Below, piece by piece: positions 23,453 through 36,476 of a stretch of DNA of 64,000 nucleotides. The DNA is from Podarcis tiliguerta (taxonomy: Eukaryota), in NCBI GenBank assembly GCA_965153285.1, contig OZ229112.1, one strand, 5' to 3'. The notes under the pieces were generated by a model. The model worked only from the letters and a program-made list of their open reading frames with translations, made no database searches and was not told the DNA's origin. Positions within the stretch are counted from its first letter, which is position 1. Every line of letters starts with the position of its first letter. Made by a program: the position numbers and the translations under genes.

Positions 23453-24781
23453 GTAAGTTGTTGAGATTGCATGTATTGAGCCAGTTGTCTACTATGTCAC
23501 CATTTTGTTCTATTCTATAAATACATCACAAAATTGCATTCCTGAGAAGGAATGAGGTGTAACAATACGAGAAACAATAATTTCTCTTAAAGATAAGAAA
23601 CTCTGGACACTACAAGGTAAGTGGTGATATTCTTGGTATAACAATCGTTGTCACAAACAGCTGATCTGTCACTTGAAGGAGAAATACTGTGTCTGGATAT
23701 GGTGTTCACATTCCAGTCCTAACAGGTGATTGGCACTGTCCTCACTGATCACTAGTCTGGTGATGGAGAAGGACCACCAGTTGCTTACCGTAAGATGAAG
23801 GATACAAGGACTCGCAGCTCATGTAGCAGCAACAGCCTTTTTACACATTTAGGCAAGGAACCAAAAAACTGGACAGATAGTCCTGCTTGTTCACAGAGGA
23901 GTTGTGTTTCCCACACCACAGGACTATACGGCAACTCACTTTTAGAGGGGGGGACAATTTATGATATAGCATTGTGTGTTGCTGCTACATAAATTCCATT
24001 AATAAGCCAAATCTTTGGGTGTACCCAGTGTCACTCTTTGAATCCCAGTAATAGAATTTATCCAGAAATGGAATCTACATCTAAAAATATGACCCTGTGC
24101 ACACTTTCTGGATCAGGATGAGTTGTTTATAAAGTTTAACTAATGAAGGCTTTTATATATTTTATATCCTATAGCAAGCAAGTCTTGTCATCTTGATCTT
24201 TTGGAATGCATACTTAAGACTGATATTAATTGAACCTATACTAGAAACTTACATTTCAAGATGAAATGCTAAGGCAACTTATCAATTTAAACATGGGGAT
24301 TGTGAGACTTATCCTGACCCCATAATGCGTTTTTTTTGTGTGTGTGGTGGAGGGAAGATGCATCATGTGCAGTTAATTGTTTGTCATTCCCTGTCTAGGG
24401 TAATAAAACACATTTTGTCATTTATTGAATTGTGTGCATGATTGAGAAATCTTCTGGGAATATTCCTTAAAAAGTATATTGTAAACATGTCTTGCTGGAT
24501 TAAATAAAACTCTTCCAAGTCCACCCTTCTGTTTCCAACAGTCATTTTCAAGATGCCTTTAGATATTCACAAGCAAAACTTAATGGTGATGAGCATTCTT
24601 TATTGCTTTCCCACACCATTTCCTTTTCATAGATAGACTGGCTCTGAACACAGAGTTCATTTTCATTAAAATGGACAACAGCTTCCGAAATAACTTGTGC
24701 CTGTTATTTATATAATTTTTCTAATAAACAGAACCAGTGAATAAATGTCTGCATTTTTTATTTTCTATCTCCCTATTTAAG

Positions 24782-24995
24782 AACCAAAGATTTATGGAAG
24801 AAAATGCATCTTTGAGGGAACAGATTCATCAGATGGAGCTGTCCAGACAGCCGGTGGCTGAAAAACTACCTGTGGCTGATCAGTTATTCAAGGAAATGTC
24901 TCACTGTTTATTTGACTTGAAAGCACTTTGCAGTATTCTTACCCACAGAGCTCAGGGCAAGGAGCCTAACCTGTCCTTACTGCTGGGAATCAGAT
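24782..24995 (+). CDS. CEP85L: CEP85L penultimate coding exon
   Basis: Pyrimidine tract + TTAAG| acceptor, T|GTAAGT donor; 214 nt; NQRFMEEN...[39 protein letters not shown]. Confidence 0.96.
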
Positions 24996-26627
24996 GTAAG
25001 TGATTTGAACAATGAGAAGACACATCTGTACGAGTAAAATCCAGGAATTTGGCCAGGGAGAAAGAGCAAGTTTGTGGGGTGTGACTTGTACTTTATAGTT
25101 ATAATGTTGACAACCAAACAGAAACCTTCCAGTTTGGCATTTAGTAACCACAAGATTTTTTAAAAATTGCTTCTTACCTACTCAAGATTAGAACTTACTG
25201 TAACAGTAAAATAAAACAAGACAGGTTACATTTATGGATGGTAAAAAGAATGCAGGAATTATTAGACTTTTCTGTACTTCCAGAATCTGTGGGAAGGCTT
25301 ATTACAATGGTTGTCTCCTTGTAGCTCCCCTACAAGCCGCCTTCCTGCCCTTATTTTCTGTCTCAGTACTAGTCTTGCTTGGCTCACTTGTTGATGGCCT
25401 TCTGCCAACAGGCAACCCCTTTTAATTTACACAGATGTTGGGCCTACTGGTCTGATTTTGTTTACTCTGCTGCTCTGTATTTCAACCTGCATTCCTAAAT
25501 AGTTATATTTTAAACTTGCTGTTATTTTTTGTCTGCTCTTATGTGATTTTTATATTGCTTATTTGTTTGTGAATTAATGGGGGGGGGGTTGTTGTTTTTT
25601 GGCCACCTTGTACATTTTTTATGGAAGGGCGGGGTATAAATTTAACACATACATAAATAATAAAATGGAGGAAGGTTGGTGGTGACTAGCAATGGATACA
25701 GTGAACAGCTCTGCAAAAATAAGGTAAAGTCCAGTTCCGTTTACACCAGCAATTCAATAAATCAGATTCATACATCACGATTATTATTCCATTCACCATT
25801 ATACACTGCAACACACGAGCTAAAATCGGCAATATGCACGTGAGCCTTAACTCATAGCCTCACCTACTAATGCCAAGTAAAGCTTGCAGCCCTTGTAAAA
25901 ACTGTACAGCAGTGTAATCATGGTGATGTATGCAAAGCAGTTCATCTCAAAGAAAGCAACAGATATTGTAAGAGCAACTGTGTAGGCTAAATGCTGGTGT
26001 TCTACATTGGTGAGCTAAAAACAGTGCATGGAAAACTGCTTTTCAGAAACTGATCCTCTTATTTGCTTGAGCCCCTTGTAGTTTTTCAACAGCATACCCA
26101 ATGTGCATAACACTCTCTGTGGCCTCTAAGTGGTCAGGTGTCGTGTCCCACCTGCACAACTGATTCTTGCTTCTGCAAATGGGACTTATCCTTACACGCA
26201 CACAACCAAGAATCCGCTAGAGGGTTGGGGGCCCCCTCAAGCAGATTGGTTGGGTGGCTGTGAGGAAGGGGGGTGCCTTTGCATCTGTCGGCGCAACATT
26301 GATTCTGACCCACATCTGAAGTAGAGTAAACCTTGTCCTGAAGTGGGGTACTTCAAATTTAGAGCAGCAGCATTGTTAATTCGGGGGGGGGGGGGGGATA
26401 TTAACCAAAATCACTCTCTGAATGTTTCCATTCTTGTTGCATTGTTGGCAAGAAACCAATATTAAAAAAAACCCTTTCCTTCCACATTTGTGGAAGGGAA
26501 AGTGCCACATTTTCATACTTTCTTTTCAACGTACCAAAACAAACATTGGCTGGAATATTTAAATCAAAGTTAGGTGTGTTGACTGTGTGTTTACCTAAGC
26601 TGTCTTGTCTTTTTATTATAATTTCAG

Positions 26628-26788
26628 CAATGAGCTGCTCATCTGAAGATGAGAATTACCACAGCACAGAAACTCTCTCAAAGAAACTCTTAGAGGTGTG
26701 TCAGTTACGAAAAGATATTGATGAATTGAGGACTATAATATCAGACTGCTATGCTCAAGACATGGGAGAAAATTGCATTACACAGTGA
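26628..26788 (+). CDS. CEP85L: CEP85L terminal coding exon (stop TGA 26786-26788)
   Basis: TTTCAG| acceptor; (S)[52 protein letters not shown]; the ten exons sum to 1380 nt in one open frame. Confidence 0.97.
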
Positions 26789-29700
26789 TAAAAGGTTTGG
26801 CTCACGGCAACAGTGACTTAAGTTATTAAATGCTGCTCTGGTTTTAGTTCCTTGTGTTTATGTTAAGGAGCCATACTGGAAGACACGCTCCGTGTGCCAG
26901 ATCAAAGGGTTTCAAGCGTTTGCATGTAAGTTCATGCCGGTGAAGCAGTCGTCACTTGAAGAGACTGGGACGTGCTGCACAAGAGATCTGATTTCTTCAA
27001 AACTACTGAATGTAGGTCAAAGCTGTGAAGAATGTGTTTCTGTTGGAAATGTTGGATTTTGTTTCCTCTGACATGGTCTGTAAAAGCATCCATATTGTCT
27101 TCTGGAGTCAAAAGATTTAAGTGTCGGAAGAAGGCACTGCGGTTACTGCTGTATCATTTCCCCCCTTCAGCAAAGCTTTAGGGTACAAGATCAGTATTGA
27201 GAATTTTACTAGGGGGGAAAGTTTTAAGTGCCCTGCCCTGTGTAGGTATTAAAACTGGATGATGGCATGGAGACTCCTTAGAAGGACTGTTTGAGGGCAG
27301 GCACACACAAAGGTAGCCTACCTACCTTGCAATGTTTGCCATCTCAGTTTGGTAAAGGTCATTTTACTTAGAAATTGATGTCCATTGATCATCAGTGTTC
27401 CTCTTAGACAAAGCAGCACATAAGCTCCTATATTTTCAATAAAGCATAAGAAGTTCAGGCCTGAGAATTTAACTGTCATCCTGTGAGCCTCTTCTGCACT
27501 ATATTAGTGTGGAAACTTTGCTGTCAATTAAGTTCATTTGTGACCTGGGTGCATTATGCATGGATGGCTAACCTTCCTCTGCCCATTCTTGGGACCTGAC
27601 CTGGACATACACACCACAAGCAATTTTTTCTGACCCCTCAGGACCCCATTGATTTTGGCAGTAGTGGAAAAAGCCAAAATTAAAATAGTCACATTGCTGG
27701 AGTGGGCTCCAAGCAGCACCCTGATGGGGATGCAAATTAGCCTCTCCTTGATACCAAATAGTTCATCTTTGTGGATCATGTGAGGCGGGGAGGATGCATG
27801 TGTGCCTGCACATCTGGGCTTCATGTGTGTATGCCCAAGAATGTGATGTGGTCACCCCCAGAGGGTTGACCAAGGCGTAACACAGTCATTCAACCCAAAA
27901 GGTTAGTTAACTAGAAAGGGTTTTTATAACACACACAGAAAGAGCAGGAGAATATTGCATCCTTATAATCAATACCTAATTACTTTAAATTTCTCCAGGA
28001 GCTCACTCCAGCACCCAGGAAGCTTAAAAGCTAAAAGAAACATGTTTAATTCATGTGTTCTGAAAGTCATTGTTCCTGGTGGATAGTTACAATAGGAGTG
28101 CTCTAGAATTAGGAAGCAATGTACCCAAAATCACTTGGTAATCCAGACTGCTCTATTTTGCTGTGTGAAAGTATACACATCCTTTCTGCCAAGTCAAGCC
28201 TGCTGTCACTTTATTCTGACAATCAATTATATAAAGCAACGAAGTGCTTCCTTTTGAAAGAGAAAGGAAAAAAGAGAATAAGGTACGTTTTGCTTATTTA
28301 TGACAATTGGCCCTGATGTGCAGAAAGCTATAGACTTGTCTTGCCAACTGTCATAGCTAAAAGTGAGCAAGAGCTTCTTTTGAAAAGGTTGCCATTTTCA
28401 GTTTTATATGTTATGTCTCCATTTTACATTGTTGGTTTATGTTGAAATACCATTTGCCTATGATAGTACTTATTTCAAAAAAAGAAAAACCTATTCTGGT
28501 CATTTTTTTCCAGAGTTATATTTATTTAAATGGGTGATTCTTGATCAACATTGTCCTGACTTCTGTCTGTGGAAATTTATTTTAGTATTTATCTTAACTA
28601 CTGTTCAGTGTTTTCAAATGGAGATTTGTAAGTATTATCTTGAAACAACTTTGTAAGCATGAAAGTACTTAGTCCTCCGTCCTTACAACAGAAAACAAAT
28701 TGCTTGAATTTAAAATACTAACAACTGCAAACCCCACTACAGTTATTAGAAAGTAGGTCTAATTAGGTGGTATTGTACTCAAGTTAAGAATTGCTTTATT
28801 TGTTTCTATGCAGATGAGGGCATGAATGGTGAAAAATAATTCTAATCAATTTACTTTCACGCCAGGAAGCAACTGAAAGTGTGATAAGACACTGACTCAA
28901 CGTGCTATGCTGTAGAGATGTCTTAAAGATGACTTGATGGTTAAAGTATTTTTTCCCTGTTGCATCTTCTGTTTTATAAACAGAACTTTGCCATAAATTT
29001 GACACTGCAGCATCACCATAGACCAAGAAAAAATATTTAAGAGACTTAAAATAGAACTAATGTGCAGGAATCAACTAATCAAGTCTGTCAGCAAAAACCC
29101 TGTGCAAGGTGTTCTTCTGCCTGTGCAACAGGACTCCCCCTCATTCCTCCCCCTTTGTGTGCCTCCCAAAACGGGCTCTAGGAGTTGGGAGAAACCCAGT
29201 GTGGTGGTAGGAGAGGCAAATTATTCTATTTAACGGAAACGCTTGCCCTGACAGAACGATCACCTTACCACGGCATTGAATTCCTCCCATTGTCTGTAAA
29301 CAGTATAGTTTTGGGACAAAGAAATTGAAGAAGTTATTTAATTTTTACATTGGTTGTAAATTAGGCAATATAAACTTCATATAAATTAAGTCCTTACCAT
29401 CATGTACTCATTACCTTCATTACGTGTGGAAGATAACCCAGTTGAGAATAGAGGCAGTGAAGCTGTGCAAAGCACTTAGGAACAAGACTCTGCCAAATGT
29501 TTGGCCACAAAAATTTAGGCATTGAGGGACAGAATGCTCACAGCTGTCCTGACTTCATATTATTCTATCTTTTGCATACTATTTACACTTTCTTATTTCC
29601 TTGGACTGCAGCCTTGGTGTCCTTTAAAAAAAAGACATGGGGCTCTTTCTGAGATAATCACAGTCAGTCAGGGTTCACATAGGCAGTATGATAATACCAA

Positions 29701-32700
29701 GTAATCACACAGCCAGTTAAATGTGGCTACATTATGCCATCATGAAGCCAAATCAGAGTGAAAAGCATGATTCCTGCCCTCGCTTGAACAGACAAACATT
29801 TCTGCCCTGTTATGCAGCACCCTTTGAAAATCACCAATAGAGGAGGGAGTTTTTCTGCGCAACATTCTTTCTGACACTCAGTATTTTCTTAGCCTTGCTC
29901 TAGAACTTATTTGACCTCCTTGTTTGTTGCCTATAAACTTATTTATTTCAGTTAATGTCGTCCCCTCCTAATTCATTTAAATGAAGCGTTGGAATAGCAG
30001 TGTGTTTTTTAAAAGCTTGTTTGCATAAGCAATTTTTTAGAGCCCTTGGCTTTTTTAAAAAAGACTGATATTCTTCTTTGGAAATGGAAAGCTGAACAAC
30101 AAGAATATTCTCTAAATATGCTGAAGTGGAGTTACTATTTTAAAAACCTCATAAAAGGGAATAATTAAGTAATTGAGTAATGGAAGAAATTACTACATCT
30201 TAATTTGTACGTAGGTATACGTATAACCCTTGAAGAAGCTCAACATTTGCTCAGCAATTCCCTAAGAATAAAGCCTATGTTCCGCAGCAACTTTTGGCAT
30301 TCTTCGAGAGTCCTTTTGAGACTTCTCCACGTGTTCAGTGAAAGCATGAGGGTAGCAGGATCATGTCAGTGGCCACAACCCCCTCCGCAGCTGCATGCTT
30401 GGGCAGGAGTCTGAAGGGGAGCAGCACATGTACTTACTGGCCATGGTTCCTCCTCTCCTGAAGGCCTTCACAGTTTTCAGTTGTAAACAAATAGGCCCCT
30501 TTCATGCTACTATCAAATGCACGGTGCAAAGGAGTGTGACTACTAGCATTTGCAGTTCAGCTACCCAACCACCCTTTCTGAACATACCCAGTGCATCTGA
30601 AGATGATCTTGTTTTGCTGACATGAACTCATCTTTTAAGCACTGGATGTGGTGACACCATAAACAGTAGCCACTGTTACATACAGTTGCTAGAATCTAGA
30701 AGGAAACCTGCATTTGGAAGGAAGCTTCCACTTACTGATGACAGGCTTCTCTTGTCTCAGTCATGGTAAAGAATGAAAGAAGGTGGTAGCCAAAGACCGA
30801 AATGCCATGGTCAAAATTTATGTGAGCCATAAGGACACAGTATTATATTATTTGAACTAATGTTATAATGCAAGGCCTGCTGTTTAAGTAGCTAAAGAGC
30901 CCATCGGTTTACAATGCCATTTTTAAAAAATAGGTAAGATATGCATGGGTATTTTCAGCAAAAAATAGTTATCTATGGTCCCGTTCAACGTATTTTATGT
31001 GAAGCTAACTAATACTAGCTTTTAAGAGAAGTGGTTAACAATGGCATTACTGAGTAGGCTGATTTAGTCATGACAACCTTTTGCCACAGATATGAGAGAC
31101 AATCCCAAGGGCTGAAAAATATATTATGAATGACTGAAAGCTGCAGTTTTATTAGAAAACATGAAAAGAAATGTACAAGTAATTTTCATATTTCAGGTTG
31201 TATTTCTATAATTGTGTAGACGGCATTTTGTAGTAACTACTGTAATTCAAGAATGTATTTCTAAAAGGAACTTGGAAAATTGTTTTTGGATATAACTAAT
31301 GCTATTATTTATATGCCATATAAAATTTGTAGCGTCATATTTAGGTCAGTTCAAAATGGTTGTGTAAACTTGACTTTAAAGTCCAGTTAGGCCGCTTGTC
31401 TATGATCCTATGCACACTTGGAAGTAAGCCGTAACAGTAAGCCCCAAATCACCAAGATTACCTAATTAAATGTGTTTAGGATTAGGTATTAAACCTTCAG
31501 CTTTAGGTGTGTAGATTTAGAAGCACAGCAGATCTGAATTTCAGTTAATTAGGTTGCCACAGACACCAACTCTGGAGATTTCTTTTAAAAACAAAAAAAA
31601 TTAGCTATATGAACCAAAGTTATTTCTCTCTCTCTCATTATTTTTGGTTTTCACTTTTGTGGGGAAAATGGAGAGGAATTATTTATCGCCAGATTCTGGA
31701 ATGAGAGAGAAGAAATGCAAGGCAAAGTATCCATTTTCATTTGCCTGAAACCTAAGCTGGGGCTAAATTCACTCAATTACAGAAAACCAAATTTGTCATT
31801 TAATAATGCCTCTGTAAATCCGCTTGTATATTTGGTATATCTCTCTGCATGAAAGAGATTTTACACAATATTCTGGATGTGGATGCCATTTCATCCAAAG
31901 TGGAAGGTAAGGTTACTACTTTAGAAAAAGCCAGTGGATATTTGAAAAAAGGGGAGTGAACAAATCAAACACACCAATAGCTTATTCAATAGTTCTATTA
32001 ATCCCACTTCTGTGTACCTTTGTGCCTTTTATTTTAGCTGATGGCTTAATAATAATCTTATTTTTTAAAGTTATGAGAGTATCAAGTTGTTGCACTTTGT
32101 TTCCTCTGCTTATTAGTATTATTTTTTAGCTTGTAGGCTTGTGAAAAATAACTTTCATAAATAGAAATATTTTCTAAAAGCTGTGGGTCAATATTTGAGA
32201 AAGCAGTCTGATCTTTATTTTCCACCTTTTCTGTATATGAAGAACATTAAACAGAATGTATTAATTTTGTATATATTAGGTATAGTACATCATTGATAAT
32301 CAGTGGAGAAGGCAAGGGAAAAGGGGCTATCTTTAAAAGCACAGCAGATATGTACTGGATCAGTCTCCCAAGACTGGTAGTTTTTCAAAATTGGGTTCAG
32401 TTTTTGAACCACTCAGAATACCTCGTGTAAATAGAGTTGTCATGACTTAAATCGAAATGCATCCAGTGTTGTTGTTTTTATTTTATTTTTAAAGAGCCAC
32501 TGGTTGGCTCATGTCTTCAGGCCTGTCATTCTTGCCTCTTTTTGTAACTTTTTTTTTTTTTAGTAGAGTTTACAGCTAGAATTTTGAATGCCAAAGTTCT
32601 ATTTATTAAATAATAAAAGTTTTCATTGTTAATTACTAGTATTTTTCCACTCAATTTGTTTGATGTTTGGATTTGTATCTACAGAGCAAAAATAAATTTT

Positions 32701-32715
32701 GTTACAAAATCTAGA
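26789..32715 (+). other. CEP85L: Probable long CEP85L 3' UTR (~5.9 kb)
   Basis: AT-rich, poor in young TEs, ends at clustered poly(A) hexamers; the 3' end is inferred. Confidence 0.55.
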
Positions 32716-32740
32716 CTTTTTGTTTTGTATTTTGTTTACA
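32605..32740 (+). terminator. Candidate CEP85L polyadenylation region
   Basis: ATTAAA 32605-32610, AATAAA 32612-32617 and AATAAA 32691-32696, each followed by T/GT-rich sequence (e.g. TTTTTGTTTTGTATTTTGTTT). Confidence 0.6.
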
Positions 32741-33151
32741 TTGTGCTATCTGTACATTCTGCATTCCTGTGTACACTTGCTGGAGGGTGAACATGGCTGC
32801 ATATGGACTTTTCTCCCATGTGCATCTCACTAGTCTCATGCTATGTAGGGGGAGGGATATGAAGAATGCCAGTTAAACAGTATTGTGCTTGATCTAGGTT
32901 CTCCTATCTACATGGAGCCGTTCCCTCTATATGTGAATGGAGAATCCTTATAGAAGGAAGCTGTGTCTTTCTGAATGATCACAATAGATTTCTGGATCAA
33001 ATATAATTATGCTGCCTATGTCCCATCAAATAACTCTGCAGGCGAAGACTATGCTTTGTACCCATGTTAGAAGTCATGAATTTCAAACAGTTAACTTGTG
33101 AGGGACAGAAATGATTTTATGAGACCACCCACAGTTTCCTTCATGTGCAAA

Positions 33152-33245
33152 CAAAATAAAAGAATTCCTTCCAGTAGCACCTTAGAGACCAACTAAGTTA
33201 GTTATTGGTATGAGCTTTCATGTGCATGTACACTTCTTCAGATAC
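33152..33245. mobile_element. Penelope-like element terminal fragment
   Basis: GTAGCACCTTAGAGACCAAC...GAGCTTTC...CACTTCTTCAGATAC resembles the reptile Penelope terminal repeat as I recall it. Confidence 0.55.
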
Positions 33246-33458
33246 AAGATACGCGTATCTCACAGCTCTGCATCATGTGCTAGTGTAGTGTTTGAAACAA
33301 GCCAACTGCAAACAATATGTTATAATGGTGGCCAGGTTATGCAAGCTGTAGTTTACTATTGACCACAGTTTCTGGTTAATAGAAGTCTGAAGCAAAAGCT
33401 TCCAGTCTCTTCACAACTCTGCCAGAGGAGGAGAGGGAGAAGTGTTCAAAGTCAAGAC

Positions 33459-34744
33459 TAGGGCTGGGCAATATATCAATATATACTGTCTTATATCAAT
33501 ATTAAGAGCAAATTGTGATAACCGTTTTTTAAAAATTACCTGGCAATATATCATGAACCTTGTGTGCGTTTGTGTGCGATTGTAAAAAAGCATGATATTG
33601 CAAAAATTGGGAAGCCAGTGCTGCTTCCTGTCCTGTGCTGCCAATGCTATTGCTAACTCTGCCTCAGCTGTTCTTCCGTGCCTCCTGCAGCAGCAGCAGC
33701 AACAGCAGGCTGGCGCAAAAAGTGCACTGCAGGGTAACTCCCTGCCTTAGCTCTCCATCTCCTCTGCCTCCTCAGCAGCAGGCAAAAATGGTCCTTGGAG
33801 ATACCGTGTGTGCGCGCATGCATGTGGCCCAAGTTTGCCTGAGCGCTCCATCTCCTGAGCAGGTGGAGCTCAGCAGCCTGCAAGCGGGAACTTCCCTCCA
33901 TGCACTTGTACGCAATTGTCTCTGTGTCTGTGTGTCTCCCTCCTTATGCTCCTCCAGACCCTCTCCCTACCCTAGAACTCTTCTTAATTCTCCCCTTGCC
34001 CTTTTGCTTTCTCACACATTTGTTATTATTAATAACAGATTACTATATTAACGTTAATATATTTTCCAGAAATATGTAATGTTACACTTGAAGCACGCTA
34101 TCATTTAGTAAATTTTCATATAATTAAATGCATCAAATCTTCCTTGCAAAAATATATATTTTTGTTTAATAATTTTTTACACACACACACAAAATAATTA
34201 CACACACGCACACACAATTCCCCTGGCACTAAAAATATACCATTTTGTTTAGGAATTTATTGTTCTGTTAAAATTTATCCATTTCATTCTTTCTATTTTG
34301 GCTTGGTTTAGAAAAGAAAATTAACTAACAATCTAATAACTAATGGTGCTGTAGGATGCACACATTCAACTAAGACTCAATAGTGAAATATATTTGAATA
34401 AAAGTATATGTGAATTGGCATTAAATTTTTAGGAAACATTCTCTCACCTTACCTTTGATAATTACTGAATTACTTCTACAGCTTTAATTTTAGAGAAAAT
34501 GTGCGAATTTAAACATTATCAGTACAGTAGTACTATAACACGACAGTTTCACAATATGTTAAAGGTAAATAAAAATTTATCAGTTTTAGAGTTAGACCCG
34601 TAAGTAGTAGCAATTGCCAGGGCATTGCCACATTCACCTCTACATAGTTCCAGCCTTATTTCAAACACCGTGATACATAAAAATATTGCTATGTTCAGCT
34701 GGTGATATATTGTGATATTGAAAACCAGATATCGCCCAGCCCCA
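33459..34744. mobile_element. Non-autonomous hAT element, 1286 bp
   Basis: Perfect 8-bp TSD GTCAAGAC (33451-33458, 34745-34752); TIR TAGGGCTGGGCAATAT / ATATCGCCCAGCCCCA. Confidence 0.9.
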
Positions 34745-36476
34745 GTCAAGACTTACTGTAGCTTGTTCTTGTTATGGGGATGTCCAAACATGGCCACTTA
34801 AAAGATGCTGTAGATGGCACATTCATTTGTGTCAGGATTTGTACCACACTGTATCTCAGACTGGGGGGTTACAGATTTGCTTCCCAACTCTATATGAAAA
34901 ATGATTGCAATCCCCTCCAAGACACACACCGTACAAATATAGTGAGCTTCTCCAAACAAAGAATCAGAACGAAATAAAACACACCAATGAGGTTACATCT
35001 TGAAAGGCTAGATTTCTTAGGGCACAAGTTTCCACACACTACAGTCCACTTCAGCAGATGACCTGTTAGCCCAGGGGTGACTAACCTTTTTTGGACCAAG
35101 GGTCACATTGAAGACAGGCCACATACCTTGATCATGTGTATACACATAGCTACATGCACATGTTAAACACTCACACAGACATTCAGCTTGGGGAAGCTGA
35201 CAGGCAGACCCACATGTCTGGCCTGTGAAAAGGAAGAAGAGCAAGAGCAGCTTTCTAGCACTAGCTGTTTGCATTTTTAAAAATGCATGCATTAACTGCA
35301 AAGACATCTCTAGTATGTCTTGTCTGGCCCTAAAAGATGGGAGTTACAAGGTCCCATGGTTTGAACAACTGCCACACATTTGAACTCGGTTGTTGCCACA
35401 AGCGAAGCACCGTTTCTCAGCCAATACTACTGGCCTACCTTCCAAAGCTGTTGTCTGGGTTAGTGGAGGTGAAGGCACTTTGTATGGGGTAAAGCATCCC
35501 ATAAATCCTAAGTCATAGAAGTAACATTAAATGTTAGCCTGGACGTGAGTGGATGGCACAAGGGACAGAGCATGTCTGTACAGGCTGGGCCTTTCAGCTT
35601 TAATTTGTGAATATGTTTTAGCCCCTCGATCTTCTGATTTAAATATACTAATCCTGCAACCCTACAAAAATGTAGCTGGGTAGAATCCTCTCTATACTAT
35701 GCACATACTCACTAGACAGAGAAAGACGAAAACTGCTAGAGCAAAGAAGGGCTGCATTGATAGTTCTGTTTAGCAACAACTTCATCCAGAAGATGTCACC
35801 AGAATACAAACCATGCTTAGTTGCTGCTCCTGCTGTGAGGATCACTAATGAAGGGATTTAAAATTAGAGGGTTTTAAATTAAAAAAAGCTCTAAAGGGAA
35901 CATAAAGTATCTCACAATGTTATGTAAAAGCTGCCATTAATTAGAGCCAAGAGAACAAGCCCATGGGCCAGCCCAGCAAGACTGGTGGTATATTAATTAA
36001 ATGGAGTGCGAGAAGAGGAGGGTGCTACTCAATGCTTCCTGATTTAATGTTCAAAACAATCTGTCTTATAAAACAAGTTGAGGACACAGATTACTGGGTT
36101 CAAGCTGTATCCCACTGAAACTTTTGGTGGGACACAAAAGCTAATGAGCTAGGTTATTATGTCACCCGTAAGGGCTCTGATTTGGGCCATACATTTGGTG
36201 CAGAATAGTTGCCCTTCCCCGCATTCTGTAGCTCTGCGTACATGAGAGCAATCCCCATGGGGATTCTATATAGCTCCTACAACTGGACACACTATCCCAC
36301 TCCTCTCTAAGTCCTCTGTGCATAGGCTTATCTTCCAAAGAGTAGGAGTCATTCCCTCATGTGTACTTTTAGAGCAACCTCCCCCAGCCTGGATCTCTCG
36401 TCCTCCACGACCATTTGCCATGCTGGCTGCGGCTGAAGGGAGTTGCGAGTTTACCATCAGCCTGGATAACTCAGCT

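Noticed and set aside
24726-24740. Decoy acceptor AAACAG|AACCAGTGA mimicking the true exon start
   Set aside because: Gives an immediate stop, and the pyrimidine tract is better placed for the AG at 24780-24781
27157-27222. TTTCCCCC...GGGGGAAA stem in the CEP85L 3' UTR
   Set aside because: Short, homopolymer-driven pairing that is expected by chance
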